64,000 nucleotides of DNA from the human T2T-CHM13v2.0 reference genome, Homo sapiens, in assembly GCF_009914755.1 (NCBI RefSeq), contig NC_060926.1; one strand, 5' to 3'. Below the pieces are notes generated by a model, which searched no databases, was not told the DNA's origin, and worked only from the letters and a program-made list of their open reading frames with translations. Made by a program: the position numbers and the translations under genes. This document shows positions 63,010-64,000 of this stretch, piece after piece; within the stretch, counting starts at the first letter, position 1; each line of letters starts with the position of its first letter.

Positions 63010-64000
63010 TCAGGGCCCATAAATAGCTTCGTTGGGGCGCAGCCACACTTGTTTGTTTACGTATGGTCTGTGGCTGCCTTCACCATGGATAAGAGACTGG
63101 AATAGCTGCTGTGGTCTGTATTTTCTATCTTTACAGAAAATGCTTGATGAGCTCTGAGTAAGGCCTGACCATGTTCCTGAGAGCTCCGTAGTGGACCTGA
63201 TGGGAAAGTAGTGGATGGCATTGGTGGTGGCTGAGCCAGCAGGGTGCCTGCTCAGAGAGCTGGTTATTAATGGAGTGCTAACCAGTCACTCTAGATGAGA
63301 AATACACAGATCACATTTAAACACAGGGAAAGCTGTTTACAGGAAAATGATAAAATAGCAGAACGTAAAGTTATGGGTATACTGTGCTTACGTTGTCATA
63401 AAAATGTGTACATATGGATAGAGAGGAAGGTGTCCCACGTGGAGAAATGAAAAGGTGCCTTAGGGGGCAGGTTGGGAGTAAGAGCAGTTTTTCTTTCTAT
63501 TCTATTTTTCTGTTTAAATTTTCCTATAATGTTCTTATAATAAGTGTTGATGAGCACTCGCAGCCACCAGGGGAAGCAGCTACCCAGGCAGAAGGCTATT
63601 CTGGGTCTCAGGTGGGCTTTAGGGAGAGGGACCCTGAGCTCTGGACCAGGGTTAGGAGGAGGTGCCCCGGGCATGTGGAGGCTGGCAGCCCTCGCTCCTG
63701 TGAACTGGCGGCTGGGGCTGCATCTCGCCCACGTCGCTGTCATGTGCGGGGCCCACGTTGTGAGTTGTGTGTCTGCTCACTATTGTGCTGTAGCCTCTGG
63801 AAGTTGCTTAGGAGCTTGGGATTTCGTGGAGAGGTGGGAGTTAGTTGCTTCTGTCCAAAGAGGTCGGCCAATGGGGGCCATTCTGAGTTCAGAAACCGCT
63901 GGCTTGGAGCCCGATGGACCCAGCCAGGCCCAGCTCTGCTGTTGACCAGTTATGTGCTCTGGGACTCAGGTTAAGTCTGTGGGTGGCAAAACTGGCACCT

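Noticed and set aside
63414-63974. 186-aa plus-strand ORF at the window end
   Set aside because: No recognisable homology or coding-like composition; begins in degenerate repeat-like AT-rich sequence

Overview
Human (primate) genomic DNA, recognisable as the CYS1-RRM2 interval of chr2p25.1. Left end: the CpG-island promoter and coding exon 1 of CYS1 (cystin-1) on the minus strand (ATG 2957, donor GT at 2639); the remaining exons lie outside the window. Right half: the complete 10-exon RRM2 gene (ribonucleotide reductase small subunit) on the plus strand. Its CDS runs 45511-52084 (1170 nt, 389 aa), an in-frame upstream ATG at 45331 gives a 449-aa form, and there are two AATAAA signals. The ~42 kb between these divergent genes, and the 10 kb after RRM2, are mostly Alu-dense repeat. 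That repeat includes a full solo LTR12 (ERV9) with a 4-bp TSD, MST/MLT1 MaLR elements, hAT/Tigger MITEs and old L1/L2/MIR fragments. Nearly all other ORFs in the supplied track are Alu-derived or GC-rich artefacts. I find no CRISPR array, RNA gene or clearly new multi-gene system. The best leads are regulatory or structural: an overlapping uORF over the CYS1 start, CCAAT boxes that double as in-frame start codons in RRM2, an Alu-flanked frame-preserving RRM2 exon 5-7 cassette (possible stop-free circRNA), an LTR12 pointing at RRM2, and an unidentified 44-nt retrocopy with a poly(A) tail and 17-bp TSD. Repeat boundaries and subfamily calls were made by eye and are approximate.
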